DNA of 64,000 bases from Raja brachyura (taxonomy: Eukaryota), in NCBI GenBank assembly GCA_963514005.1, contig OY740794.1:16740001-16804000 (forward strand). Direction: 5' to 3'. This document shows positions 13,933 to 28,315 of this stretch, in pieces (position 1 is the stretch's first letter; every line of letters begins with the position of its first letter). A model generated the notes under the pieces. The model was not told the DNA's origin. It did not search any database and was given only the letters and a program-made list of their open reading frames with translations. A program made the position numbers and the translations under genes.

Positions 13933-14339
13933 TGAGCTGAGGTAACAATCTGCAGGGAGGGAACATCAAATGTTGTATTCTTGTCTGAGAGTTTTGGGTA
14001 CGCAGCCAGTTTTCTTACCAATCTTTCCCCCGTTTTAAACAGGACAGTTTCTGTCCTTTCAAGTTGGACTAGGCAGCTGAAGAAGTCTCAGTCAGTGGAT
14101 CAAAAATCAAATGGAACCTCGGCTTTTGTTCACCCATGTGCATACTGCATTAGATGCTAGAAGCCTTCAATTTTTGCAAAATTCAATAAAAATCTTGAAG
14201 GAGCAATCAAATAATTTTGCTTAACCAATAGTTAGCTAACTAATAGTTAACGGTCTCTAATTCCTTAAGATCTTTGAACCAATTAAGCCAAATAATCAAT
14301 CAGATGAAAAGCTGCACCCAAATCAATGAAACCATCCCG

Positions 14340-14785
14340 GTTAATTCCCGGGATGGCGCGACTGATGTATATGGTGATAGAATGGAGAGGCTGGGCTTGT
14401 ATACTCTGGAATTTACAAGGATGAAACATATAAGCTTATTAAAGGTTTGGACACCCTAGAGGCAGGAAACATGGTCCCGATGTTGGGTGAGTCCAGAACC
14501 AGGGGCCACAGTTTAAGCATAAGGGGCAAGCCATTTAGAACGGAGATGAGGAAAAACTTTTCACACAGAGGGTTATGAATCTGTGGAATTCTCTGCCTCA
14601 GAAGGCAGTGGAAGCCAATTCTCTGGATGCTTTCAAGAGAGAGTTAGAGCTCTTAAAGATAGCGGAGTCAGGGGATTTGGGGAGAAGGCAGGAACGGGGT
14701 ACTAATTGGGGATGATCACATTGATTGGCAGTGCTGTCTCGAAGGGCCGAATAGCTTACTCCTGCAACTATTGTCTATTGTCTAA
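14340..14785 (+). mobile_element. CR1 (HER1-like) LINE 3' fragment
   Basis: RLGLYTLE / ESRTRGHSL / LWNSLP coding remnants; tail ctcctgcaactattgtctattgtct. Confidence 0.85.
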
Positions 14786-14994
14786 AAACTGGGAGGTTCG
14801 TCTTGAGTTGCCTATTTTTAAATGCCGTGTCAATAGCCTGTACTTGGAAATGTGCATTTGCATTAAGAGCAGTTAAAGGTCAGGAGCAGCCATAGCTGCA
14901 ATATTTTGGCATTTTAAAATTAAATCCTGAAAATAAGGGGAACATTAATACCAGCAGTTTTATGTATGTTACGAATGATATTTAGGTGTAACAA

Positions 14995-16195
14995 CTTTAG
15001 AGTCCATTATAAAGGATGAGGTTACGGAGTACTTGGAAATCCACGATAAAATAGGCTGAAGTCAGCATGGCTTTGTGAAGGGGAGGTCTTGCTTGACAAA
15101 TTTGCTGGAATTCTTTGAAGAAGCAGGACAGATAAAGGAGAGTCCGTCGATGATGTTTACTTAGATTTTCAGAAAGCCTTTGATAAGGTGCCACATGAGG
15201 CTGCTCAGGAAGATGAGAACCCACGGTATCAAAGGGCAGACACTAGCATGGATCGTAGGTTGGCTGGATGGCAGAAGACAAACAATGGCAATAAAGGGGG
15301 CTTTTACTGGTTGGCAGCCAGTGACTAACAGTTCTGCAGGATTCGGTGCTGGGGCCACTACTCTTCACGTTGTATATTAATGATTTGGACGAGGGGGATT
15401 GAAGGCTTTGTGGCCAAGTTCGCGGATGATATGAAAATACGTGGAAGGGCAGGTCGTGTAGAGAAAGCAGGGACTCTGCAGAAGGGCTTGGGCAGGTTGG
15501 GAGAGTGGGCTGAGAAGTGGTAGATGGAATATAGTGTTGCGAAGTGTGAAGTCATGCATTTTGGTAGTAGGAATAAAGGTGTAGACTATGTTCTAAAAGG
15601 GAAGAGAATCCAGAAATCGGAGGTGCAAAGGGACTAGGGAGTGCTGGTGCAGGATTCCTAAAAAGTTGATCGGCAAGTCGAATTGGTAATAAAGAAAGCG
15701 TTTATTATGCTGCCGTTTATTTCAAGAGGGCTTGCTTACAAAAACAGGGATGTAATGCTGAGGCTCTAAAAGGTGCTGGTAAGGCTGCATTTTGCATATA
15801 TTGAGTGATTTTGGGCATAATATCTGTGGAAGAATGTGATGCGTCTAGTGAGGGTCCAGAGATGTGGAGTGGAATATTTGCACTAGTGGGAGAGTCTAGT
15901 CATGGAGGTCATGACCTCAGAATTAAAGGATGTTCTTTTAGGAAGATGAGGATAAATTTATTTACTCAGTGGGTGATGAATCTGTGGAATTATTTGCCAC
16001 AGAATGCTGTGAAGGCCAAGTCAGTGGATATTTTTAAGGCAGATATAGATTCTTGATTAGTACAGGTGTCTGAGGTAATAGGGTGAAGTCAGGAGAATGG
16101 GATTGGGAGGGAGAGACAGATCAGCGATGACTGAATGGCGGAGTAGCCTCGATGGGCTGAATGATGGGCAAATTCTACTCCTATCACTAATGACC
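14995..16195 (+). mobile_element. CR1 LINE fragment (reverse-transcriptase region to 3' end), degenerate
   Basis: SQHGFVKGRSCLTNLLEFFE, YLDFQKAFDKVPH and KFADD remnants; boundaries approximate. Confidence 0.88.
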
Positions 16196-16333
16196 TAATA
16201 ACTCGACCATTTGAATTTGTGCATTTACATTAAATCCAGTATTTGCTTAATTTAAGAACTTTCATCTTCTCCTGTTTGTCTTGCAGTGATCTGCAAAATA
16301 TCAATATTTCTGATCTTTATAAATAAATTGTAA

Positions 16334-16639
<306 letters not shown>

Positions 16640-17126
16640 TAATGTAATTTTGGTGCAAAAAGTGTACAAAACTAAGCCGTGTTTTGCTTTGTAAGCGAGT
16701 AACTCCATACTTAATGTCCTCCCCATTTATTCCTCTACCAATTATTTTATGACTCCATTGCTTCAGGGAAACTGATCAGTCCATACTTGGAACATTTTTA
16801 ATTTTGTAGTTCGTAGTGTTTGGAGGAAGAGAAGCGGCAAGTCAGGGAACATAGCTCAATTAAACTTTCAAATCTTGGCTTGTGAAATGGAGTTTAAATG
16901 CATTGTTTATAAATATAAATGTCATATTTCCTTTGGTATGCTACAAACCTAATTAGTTAATGCAACCATGGAAGTCTCATAGGGCTGGTTTTAAGTGCTG
17001 CAAACAGTCAACTGGTAGAAAACAGTGCTTTCCTCAAAAAGTGCTTTCCTCAAACATTTATAAGAGAAAACTTTAAATTTTAACTCTGCATTTTTGTTTC
17101 ATCTGTAATCCATTTGTCTATGATGT

Positions 17127-17432
17127 TTAGTTTAGAGATACAGCGCGGAAACAGTCCCTTCGGCCCACCAGGTCCATGCCGACCAGAGATCTCCGCCCAT
17201 TAAACCATCCTGCACCCACTAGGGACAATTTATTACATTTACCAAGCCAATTAACACATAAACCTGCACGTTTTTGGAGTGTGGGAGGAAGCAGAAGATC
17301 TCGGAGAAAACACAAGCAGATCACAGGGAGAACGTCCAAACTCCGTATGAACCGCGCCTGTAGTCGGGATCGAACCTAGGTCTCTGGCGCTGCATTCGTT
17401 GTAAAGCAGCAACTCTACCGTTGCGCCACCAT
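17127..17432 (-). mobile_element. tRNA-derived V-SINE (HE1-like), full length
   Basis: On the minus strand: A box ggtggcgcaacggtag, B box ggttcgatccc, V-domain gttctccctgtg...cctcccacac, CR1-like tail ending ctaaactaaac. Confidence 0.88.
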
Positions 17433-18744
17433 GAGTGCCAATGTAGTTCATGAAGTTAAATATTGAAGTATGCAAGTTTTAGTTTGGCCAATCTTTGCAA
17501 ATCCAGCACAATATAAAATGTAATTTTTAAGGTGTGTAATCAAACTAATTTTAGCACCTCTTCCATTTGAGAAACTGAAAAACAATAGTGTGTAACTCGA
17601 GCTATTTAGTTAATTTCGTATAGAAAATATTGCAATTGAACATGAACGATATACAAGATTTTTGAGATCATAGTATAGCTGTTGAGTCAAATACAAACTT
17701 TCCTTCTTCCCCAAATATAATTCTGATATTTGAAAAAGATGACAGGCTATTTAAACTCATATTAAAGTACAAAATTAAAGTAGTAGCAACCATGTAACCC
17801 CAGGCTGCCATTGAAAAAATGTAATCTTGGTCATTTTGTTTTAGACAAGGCCATTTCTTCCCTTCTGTGGTATACATTTGACCGCTTCCACAACAACTTT
17901 TTGAACGGATGTCATAAGCCGCATAACACCCCACTCGGTCATTCCAAATTTATAATGGCAGTAAGATAAAACCAGATGAACAATCCAACATTATCTTGGC
18001 CATAAATACCTTCAGGATACACTCAGCAGAGATGATGCTCGGAACCTAAAGGGATTTGTGCCAAAATTGGATAGGTTACATATTCACCCTTCCAACCAGT
18101 TGAGTTGCAGCTGGAAATTCTCACAATCAAAGAATTATGTTTCATAGATGGAATGGATTTATAGCATGTGATGGCACAGATATACATTCAAGAATGGGTG
18201 ACCTTGAGAGTCTTCAACATGGACTGTAAAACCCATGGAGTCTCACAATATTCAATTAAGTATTGATAAAGAAATCGCTTGTTGATTACCGAATAACACA
18301 TGCACATCTCAATTGTAAATCACTTCTGCCCATGCTAAATTGAATGCATTGTGCGCATGAAGAAAAGCTTCAATGATATCTGGATGCATACAACTATTGC
18401 ATACAACTGATTGCCACAACTATTCAGTAGTGCCACTGTTGATCACAGATTTGCGTCCAAATGGTGTGATTGTCAAGTTATCCCTGTGGCAACTGTCCAC
18501 AGAGCAAACACTAGGAAATACTTTGTACAGTTTGAGAATAACTACTGCAAAGACTGAGTGAATGAAAAATGTGTGTGGGTACAGTGTGCAATTTAAATTG
18601 GTTTTATCTGCTATTTAACTTTTTAGATTTCCTTTAGAAATTGTGATGCTTCAAGAATTTAAAACCCGAGTCGTAGTTTTATGACTGTATAAGTAAACTT
18701 CATTTGATGTAATAACTTTTTTTAAATGAATTATTTTTGATTAG

Positions 18745-18813
18745 GACAAGAAATCTGTTGAAAGTACTTGCTTGTGCTTTGCTCGACTGGTGGACAACTT
18801 CCAGCATGAAGAA
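18745..18813 (+). CDS. TRIP12: TRIP12 exon (ARM region)
   Basis: gattag|GAC..GAA|gtaaga; DKKSVESTCLCFARLVDNFQHEE. Confidence 0.96.
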
Positions 18814-18904
18814 GTAAGATATCTTATTTTATAGGAAATGCTATTCTACACTTTGCTCTAAGCATCATAAGCTGTGTCAAATTATTTGGCTTTGAGTAAA
18901 GATT

Positions 18905-19155
18905 AATGTTTCGGGTTGAGACCCTGCATCAGGACTGAGGAATGATGAATCTTTGCCATAGTAGAGGAGTTTAGAGAGGAGCGAGTGGTTGGGATTGGGC
19001 CTAATGGATAATGGGTGAATCTGATTGGGAGAGGATGATGGACATGCAAAACCAGTTTCCAATGGGAACGGAAGGAGAAAAATAGGCCGAGGGCTGAGTG
19101 TGAGTGGAAGAGGACAACATCGGCTGTTAGTTACTTGAAATTAGAAAATTTGATC
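18905..19155 (-). mobile_element. Penelope-like 3' fragment
   Basis: tgtttcgggttgagaccctgcatcag terminus plus ttgaaattagaaaatttgat, reverse complement of motifs in the 24010-24570 copy. Confidence 0.6.
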
Positions 19156-19485
19156 ATCATTGGTTTGTAAGTGGGGCCATGGAGAGGTGCACATGTGAGG
19201 CCTTTGAGGACTGACTTCTCAGGGTCTGACAGATATAGGTGGGGGAACTGTTGTCTTTGTTGAAATACTGGTATGCAGTTGGGGCTCAGACATCTGGGAA
19301 TTTTTTTGACTGGCAACTTTGACAATGCACTTACTCATAAACCTAATTTGCTGACCAGAACTTGGTATGATTCTTTACTGTTTGGAACAATTGCTATCGG
19401 GGAAAATAGTTATAAACACTTAAAAAAAAATTAAAATATGCAGGGTTTGCATTTTGTTGATTTACTGGTTGAACTCGGTGTTGCA

Positions 19486-19940
19486 ACATAGAAACATAGA
19501 AAATAGGTGCAGGAGTAGGCCATTCGGCCCTTCGAGCCTGCACCGCCGATCATGGCTGATCATCCAACTCGGTATCATGTACCTGCCTTCTCTCCATACC
19601 CCCTGATCCCTTTAGCCACAAGGGACCCATCTAACTCCCTCTTAAATATAGCCAATGAACTGGCCTCAACTACCTTCTGTGGCAGAGAATTCCACATACT
19701 CACCACTCTCTGTGTGAAAAATGTTTTCCTCATCTCGGTCCTAAAGGAATTCCCCCTTATCCTTAGACTGTGACCCCTTGTTCTGGACTCCCCCAACATC
19801 GGGAACAATCTTCCTGCATCTAGCCTGTCCAACCCCTTGAGAATTTTGTAAGTTTCTATAAGATCTTCCCCCCCTCAGTCTTCTATGTTCTAGCCAGTAC
19901 AAGCCAAGTCTTTCCTCATATGAAAATCCTGACATCCCAG
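19486..19940 (-). mobile_element. CR1 (HER1-like) LINE 3' fragment, young
   Basis: ORF 19575..19832(-) RLDAGRLFPMLGESRTRGHSL...WNSLPQKVVEA; tail catagaaa repeats; highly similar to 50163-50638. Confidence 0.9.
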
Positions 19941-21159
19941 ATTGAAGATTAAAGAAAACGAAACTGCCGACATATACCACAAATTTTGCAATAATACTGC
20001 AGAGAAGCTTTTTCTTGTACACTCTTAATTACTTTTCTGGTTTTGACATGTTGGGCAATATTTATGTAGTACTTTGCTACATCTTGTTTTTGTAGTTGCA
20101 TGACTTATGGTTCCACGTGATATTTTTGGCAGCTATGTTTGTTCTGTCTCAGTTTAGTCCATATTGTACACGCCAGCTGGATATGCTGAAGGTCTTTGGT
20201 TTGAAGCTGCTAATTATGTTTAAAAACTCTAGAAGCATATTTAAATACTCCAAGGGAAAAAAAAAAATTGAATCCAATGAATTCAAACAAATACATGTAA
20301 TTAATTTAATGCTGGACAGCTTGGTTGCGTATTAATTTTGTTTGGGGGTGTTTAGCTTCACTGCGTTTACATTGGTAGAAATTAAAATCGGGCTGCATTA
20401 AAGGTCCAGGAAAGAGTTCAATCAGATAATTTGATTGTCACGTAGGTTGAAGCTTTTAATTATCACCACTGCTTGGAAACTTTTTAAAAATATTCTGTGA
20501 TTTCCTTTCCATTGTTGATGGGAGTATTTTGAGATCAAAACAGAGCTTTGTCTCTTTCTCCGAGTTCCCCAGTAGAAAGTAACGTTCTGAAATTAGATGG
20601 TTCTACCATGTCTCCCTGGTACAGAAGCAGTTGTCTGTTTGGAACCTCCACAGGAAATAGCTCTCTTCCTCTAATGGTGCTGGGAATTTCATCCACAAGA
20701 GGGCAGACGCAGCCTTCCTTAAAATTGCGATTGAATTACGATTTCCTAAATAAGGCACAGATTACTCTGATTATGTGCTGATCATCTTACTACTGTTGAG
20801 CACACATACCAGCTGGACTGTTTAGAACTTTAGTCATTCATTTCCATAGCCTAAAATCATTTTTAAAAAAAATGAAATTCTGAACAAATTAAAACTTGAG
20901 GTTCTTATGATTTCTGTGCATTACATAAAATCAATCGCAGATCCACTTATCAAGAGTTTGTAAATATAATCGGTGAAGAATTCTGTAGCCATGTAGTACT
21001 GAGCAGTGCAGCTTGGCTTTCAATTGTTTCTTTTACGCAGAAGCGGATCAAATAAAGAAGCTAGTTAGCTACCCACTGTTTAGGTTTCTTTCCTTGCATG
21101 CCATGTGGCATATTACAATATGGCTGATGTAGAGCAACACATAACAGTATGTGCAGTGT

Positions 21160-22625
21160 AACTGCTGAGTATAGCACATGATCAGGCCGTTTAGCCTACC
21201 TTGTTTCAGCTGATATGTCAGTCTTAACGAATCCCATCTGCTTCCTCATGGTCTGCACCCCTTTATTCCTAGGCTGCTCATGCGTATGCTGAAAAAGCTC
21301 TTAAATGTTACTGTTATATCTGCTTCTATCATCTAGTGGTGTGTAGTAGTAGGCATTTACTACTTTATATTAAAAAAAATACTTCTCACATGTGGAGTCA
21401 TACAGCATGGAAATGGGTCCTGTGGCCAACATTGCCCATGCAAGCCAAGATGCCCCATCTACACCTGCCTCCATTTGACTCGTATCCCTCTAAACATTGC
21501 CTGTCCATGAACCTGTCCAAATGCCTCGACTATCTATCTCTTCTGGCAGCTCGCTTTATATACCCACCACCCCTAAGAAGTTGTCCCTCAAGTTCCTCGT
21601 AAATCTTTCCTCTCTCACCTTAAACCTATATCTCCTGGTTCTTGATTTCCCCTCCTCTGGTTAAAGATTCAGTACATTTACCCTATCTATTTTCATGATT
21701 TTATACTACACTATAACATCACTCCAGATCTACTTGTGCTCCAAGGCAAAGTCCTCCATCTGTACTGTGTGTTGTGACCAAGCCAATTTTGTAATCATCT
21801 TGCTGACTTACCAAGTGAGACGTAGTCTACTGTATCAGCCTGCCATGCAGGAGCTTGGCAAATAACCTCATTAAAGATCTGCAAAATGTAGAAATGAGGA
21901 ACTCTAATCTAGATGCTGGTGGTGAAAAGACTGTGACCATCCACTTTACCTATGCCCGTCAGTTTTATGTACCTCTAAGGTCACTCCTCGACTTGCAAAT
22001 TTCCAGGGGAAAAATATCCCAGTTCATCCAGCCTTTGTTTGCATTTCAAGCTCTCCAGTCCCAGTAGCATCTTTGTGAATCTTTTCTGCACCCTATCCAG
22101 TTTAATGACCCACTTCCTACGGATGGGCAACCAGGACTGCACACAATACACTGTGGTCTCGCCAACAATCCATGCAGTTATAACATGACATAATATGCAT
22201 CTCTTGTATTCAAAGCCGCCAAGTGTACCAAACACCACCTTCACCTCTGTCTATCTCTGGCTTCACTTTCAGGGGAAGTATGTATCCGTACCCTGAGGAA
22301 TGTAAATTGTAGCCTGGTTTAACTTTCCAAAGTGCAATACCTCACACTAGAGTTACATTTTATCTGCCATTCTTTAGCCTACTTCCCCAATTGATCTCGA
22401 CCCTTTATCTTAGTTAACACTCTTCACTGCTCCATTATGCCACCCTCAAACCTACTGTGTTAACAACATTTGTCTTCCAAATCACTGATATAGTTGACAA
22501 ACAATGGGCCCAGCACCAATCCTTGCAACACAGCACACACCACTGGTCATGAGCCATTACATCTGAAAAAACTCACAACCATCCTGCTAACTCCTTCTAG
22601 CAAGCCAGTTTTGTCTCAAGTATTG
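21160..22625 (-). mobile_element. Cluster of degenerate CR1 LINE fragments
   Basis: Several tails of the ggccgtttagcc / gggtcctgtggcc type, plus YCVQSWLP..LDRVQKRFTKML remnant; boundaries approximate. Confidence 0.7.
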
Positions 22626-23506
22626 GATCCTGTCAATGAAATCACTGAATTAATCTTGGCAATTGTATTTGGACCAAAATTATTTGCATTTGAGTGGGCA
22701 GTCAACTTATCAGCCACCTAGGCTTGTTACTCAATATCATTCGATCTTCATCCTGATCAAAATTGTTTGGATTCTGTGATTAAGTATTTAACTAATTGCA
22801 ACCTGGAAAGACATAAATACGTGAGAGTATTGTTACTCCCAGCCCTCGTGATGAGAACTAACAAAGTTAACAGCATCTACATAATTCCAGAAACTAGTTT
22901 GATTAATAGCAAACCAATTGTGTATGTTAATTGGAAGAATATGGGAATTTACATTGAGTCGAAGAGCCAACTGCAGGACGCTTGATGATTGGAACAATCC
23001 TTCTATTGGACAAAGATGGGTGGTCGTCTTGGTGTCATATTCTTAGAAGGGACAACAATTAGACATTATTTTAATGTGCATGACAATCCTCTGGAAGGTG
23101 GTAAAATATATATTTTAAATTAACGTTTTTGTCTTGGAAATCAATGAATTTCTTTTGATGTGAGAATATTTCCAGTTGCTTGTTTTACTTTCATTTGCAA
23201 TTTAGTAATAAGAAATTAGTAAACTGCACAGCTGAAAGATGGTGCAAACAAATTTACTTCAAAAGCTTGTTTGAGCTATTGCTCTGGAAATTATTGTTCA
23301 ACATTATCATAAATGATGATAAAGTATTAATGTGTCCTTTTACAATTACCGTGTGGATGTTTGTGGCGAGTTGATTCTGCTAGTTAGTATATTAATAGTT
23401 TGCTAATGGATAGAGGGCTGATTGTATACCAATAAGTGTTTGATCTTGCTGTGTATGTTTAATATGCTGAGGGTATGATTAATGTCGTAACTTTTTCTAT
23501 TAATAG

Positions 23507-23728
<222 letters not shown>

Positions 23729-24009
23729 TGATATAGGATTTGTATTGTAACAATGGGCTGTTTCTCTTAGAACATTTTGTAAACTGACAGAGGGCAGAAC
23801 ACATTTAAATCAGATTCCAACATACGAAGTGTCACTGGTGGAATTGAGAGCTCGGTCAAATGACACTGTTTACAAAAAAAAGCTGTGGTTTCCTCTATTG
23901 TTCTTTGTCACTTGAGAAGCTCACAATTTTATCTGACATTGCATTGTTAATTGTTAACACCAACCCTTCAAAATGTGTTCAAGTATTAAGGTACAAAAGT
24001 CTGCAGTCG

Positions 24010-24570
24010 CTGTATCCAGGTGAGGCAGAGATTCATATGCCCAACATTAAACCTTTTCTGTTCCATTTGGTACTCTCAATGTGACCACCTCTACATTGGT
24101 GTGGCAAAGTGCAGACCAGCCTACTGCATTACCAAAGCCCGAGTTCTGTTTGTTGTTGCCTATGTGCGACCCATTTCCATTTCTCTTCCCATTCCTGCAC
24201 TGGCCTGGCTGTTTGCTGCCTTCTCCACTGCCAGAGGGGGGCCAAACACAAACTAGAGAAATGGCACCTCGTATTCTGCCTCGGCGATTTGGCATAGACA
24301 TTGAATTCTCTAATCTCAGGAAGCGTCTTTTTTTGCCCTTCTATCCATCCTGATCCTCCCACCCACCCCATAACCCCCACACTTCTCCCATCAGGTCTTT
24401 CTCCTCCCCATCCCCTTTAAGTTTCCATCTGCCCACCTGACCTCTTACTTGAACCCATACTCTAACTTTATTTCCCATCGGTCTCCATCTTCTGGCCCCT
24501 TGTTATCTCCACTGATCACATCGCATACGTTATCTTCACCCCTCCTCCCTTCCCTCCCCCCCCCTCTCTC
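24010..24570 (+). mobile_element. Penelope-like element fragment (GIY-YIG region and pyrimidine-rich tail)
   Basis: QVRQRFIC...LYIG remnant, gacattgaattctctaat end motif and a C-rich 3' region. Confidence 0.7.
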
Positions 24571-24666
24571 TAACAGAGATATTGACAAAAATGAGTAGGG
24601 TTGGTTTTCCTGAAGGTGTCAATCCTGGCAAATATGAACTTAGAAGGTTAAAGCTGATCTTTTTAA

Positions 24667-24795
<129 letters not shown>

Positions 24796-24929
24796 TGAGA
24801 TGCTTATCGGATATTTTGAGACATTTTAATCTTGGCAACATTTGTTGCCTCGTTGAAATTAAACACATTTATCGGATAATTGTTTGAATATCTATGATTC
24901 CATGGTTTTGAAACTACTAAGGGAGACAT

Positions 24930-25390
24930 ATGTTTAATGCAACAGGAATGAAACAATGAACTTACTCACCGTAGCTTTATAGCCCCATTAGAGCAATAGC
25001 GCAGCAAATATACAATACTCAATAACTTAGTAATCAATGATACCAGGTGACAAGGACATAATAGTGCAAAACTGAAGTATGTAGTCCATAGTAGATCGTT
25101 ATTGCAGTAGGGTTGTGGAGAGTGATTCAAGGGCCTGGTGGTTATCGGAAAGAAGCTGTTCTTGAACTTGGAGATCACAGTTCTCAACCTCTAATACCAT
25201 CTTCCTGATAGTAACAATGATTCCTGTAGACACCTTTGGTCGGTAGGTTAAAAGTATGTTTGTACCTGGTAATGTCCACCACTTTCCGCAGCTTCCTTTA
25301 TTCCTTAGTATTGGAGTTACTGAAACAAGCTATGATGCAGTCAGCATGCTCTCTCCCTTATTACATGTAGAAGTTCGATAGTGACATGCA
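24930..25390 (-). mobile_element. Rex1/Babar LINE 3' fragment, degenerate
   Basis: Minus-strand remnant KFKNSFFP matches the RFRNSFFP end of the other Rex1 copies. Confidence 0.7.
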
Positions 25391-25593
25391 ACATAAAATA
25401 ATGCATTTTGAAAAGAAAATACCTTTTCCACTCTAACTTGAACTGAACCACTTTATTTGACCTATTTTTAAAGTGAAAGTGGAGGAACTAATGCGAGGAT
25501 TCTCTGGGTTGGGGTGGGGGGGAGGAGGAGAGGAAGAGATCAGTGGCATGAAAGATGAAGAACTACCTTCTATGCTGTTTGGTTCTGAATTAT

Positions 25594-25897
25594 GGGCAGC
25601 ACAGTGGTGCTGCTGATAGCTGCTACCTCGCAGCACCAGAGACCCAGGTTCAATCATGGCCTCAGATGCTGTCTGTGTGGTGTTTGCACATTCTTTCTGT
25701 GACCATGTGGGTTTCCACCAGGTTCTCCACTTTCCTCCTGCATTCCAAAGACGTGCAGATTTGTAGTTTAAATGGCCTCTGTAATTTACCCCTAATATAT
25801 AGGGAGTGAATGAGAAAGTGGAATAACATGAGTGAACGTGTGGTCGGTGCAGACCTGATGGTCCAAAGGGCCTGCTTCGAAGCTGATTCACTAAACT
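25594..25897 (+). mobile_element. V-SINE (HE1-like), older copy
   Basis: gggcagcacagtgg head, ggttcaatc B box, V-domain and gggcctgcttc tail. Confidence 0.8.
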
Positions 25898-26123
25898 ACT
25901 TGAATAATCTGTGCATACTTTTGAAGGTCATTAAATCTTTACATTGCTGGTTAGCGTAAGTTGTGCTTCAGTACTCCTGAATCTTCAATTTTCGATAGCT
26001 ACACACACTGTTGCTATTGATTTGGTCATTCGGTCTATTAATTGTATTGTGTATAACATGACCACGTCCGCACAATATAGGTAACCTTTATAAGAATCCA
26101 AAATTTATTAAAATCTGATTTAA

Positions 26124-26291
<168 letters not shown>

Positions 26292-28315
26292 TAATATTTT
26301 AGTATATGGTATCACCAAAGGGAGGGACGAAGAAGACTGGGGTAGAATGGGTGGGATGTAAAATGAGTGAGAATTGCCTCATCCGCATTCTTGTTCTACC
26401 ATGGCATGAGTACTGTACTTGGAGTACTTGGTGACAAAACGAGCAAGCCTCAGAATTGGGCTTGGTATTACAGTAAAAATGCATATACCTGCATTTATTG
26501 GAGAGTAATTTGTCTAACTTTCAGTTACTTTCTCTGGCCTTGGAAATTAACCTCCTTTTATGGAGTCTCATTCCTTTGGATCTTATTAGAGATTTTTAAA
26601 GGAATATTTACCTTGTCTATTCAGTTCCATAGCTTTAAAACCTTCCTTTCCCTTTTATATCTGGATTTTTGCATCCTAATTTGATATAGAATTAAATATG
26701 CTCAGGTGACATCCCTGGTTCTAATGCAAGCAAAATGCTACTGATGCTGGAAATCAGAAAAGTTATTATGGCAGTGGTTCAAGTCAATGTACTTTCATCA
26801 GAACTGATTCTGACTCGGTTCAGTAACTATTCATCAATACATTTAAGGAGACGCACACATCTTGGCTTTGATCACAGTGTTTGTGTAGGGAGCTGCTGTT
26901 CACATCAAGTTCTAGCAGCTGTTTCCAATAAAAATTGTCACTTGATGTAACGGGTGTGATTGTAGCCCTGCGCTATGGTTGCACCTTTAAACTTTCAAAT
27001 ATCAGGGGGTGCTGACTTGCCAATATTCTTGTACCCTAGGCAACATTTAAAGATGACAAATATCCTGCTTCTGTTGAAATTTCGAGGATTTAAAAACAAA
27101 TATTTTGAATCTTTCACAGTTCCCTTTCAAACTACCTGTTTTACAGCTCGTTTACCAGAGAAAACCACATGGGATTAAAATGGCAATATTCAAATTGTAT
27201 TCTAGAAATTGGCTGTTACCAGCAAGCATTGTGAGTTATTGATCAGTTGCTGTGCTTTTTAAGATTTAATTATATAGAAATGAAACGCAGTAAATAATGC
27301 AGGTGTAAATTTGGTATTTTTTAAATTTGATTTCTGAATTTTATCTTGATTAAATATTGAGTTTTAATATATAGTTTACATCTCAGCCCTTAAATGTCTC
27401 TCCCCATGGAAGCAAAATACAAATTTAATATCAAAGCAAAAGAATATCGCTTAACTAAATTCAAAACATTATATGAACAATCTTTTGTGTATTTTGATAA
27501 CCTTCGGGAACTAGAAAGTTTTCAACAAATTGTCTAATTTAAGAAATGGACGAGCCAATTTGTGCACTAGCTCCTATAAAGAACAATGTAATAATGGCTG
27601 TAATCTTAGGTTGATCTGAGAGAAAAGGGTTGGTATTGGTATAACATTGAATATTATAATTTCTGAGGCTATTTCCCAGCTCTTTTTTAAGAATGTGCCA
27701 CAGATTTTATAATTTGCGTGAAATCAAAAGCTCTTTCACTGTCCTTGGCTTGATGCCTTGTCAGCTACAGCACCCAATCAGTGTTGCAATACCATATTAT
27801 CGTACAAGAATGCCCATATTTTGTGCTCCAATTTCTGGAATGGAACTTAAGCCCCATTATCTAATGATTTGAAGGTGAGAGTGCTACTATTTGTGCCTTC
27901 TAAGTTGTGGCCATGCTGACAATTTTATGCTGTATTTGTATTCTTGGATATAAAAGCAGTATGAGCATCCTAACAAGTCATAAAATCATAAATGGCAAAG
28001 AATCCCAGTTAACCTGTGTGATGTATTCTCGCGTACAATGTCAAGAACTGTTGTGTCACCGCTGTGATTCATATGCATTCCTAATTCCTGTTAATACATT
28101 AGACTTGAAACACAGCACATCTTTATATGCGCAGGCATGTATATGATTTGCAGTGAGTAGAGAAGTGGGAATGGGCTGCAAGCTGAAGCTGAAATGCCCT
28201 ACACATCCGTGTAAGTATTGAGCAAAGTACGTTGGACACACTGGCAAGCATTCAGATCTTAGGTCTGCAGTAATCTTTTTTGTATGCTTTGACAGTCTGT
28301 TCACATTGTTCACAG

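Noticed and set aside
14221-14250. 30-bp imperfect palindrome, plus small hairpins near 305-324 and 4422-4447
   Set aside because: Short and isolated; consistent with chance or micro-inversions.
17127-17432. tRNA-like A and B boxes
   Set aside because: These are SINE heads, not tRNA genes; no complete cloverleaf.
17845-17960. ttttgttttag...gca|gtaaga pseudo-exon of 116 nt
   Set aside because: Such splice-like pairs are common by chance. It has an in-frame stop, no TRIP12 homology and no other support.
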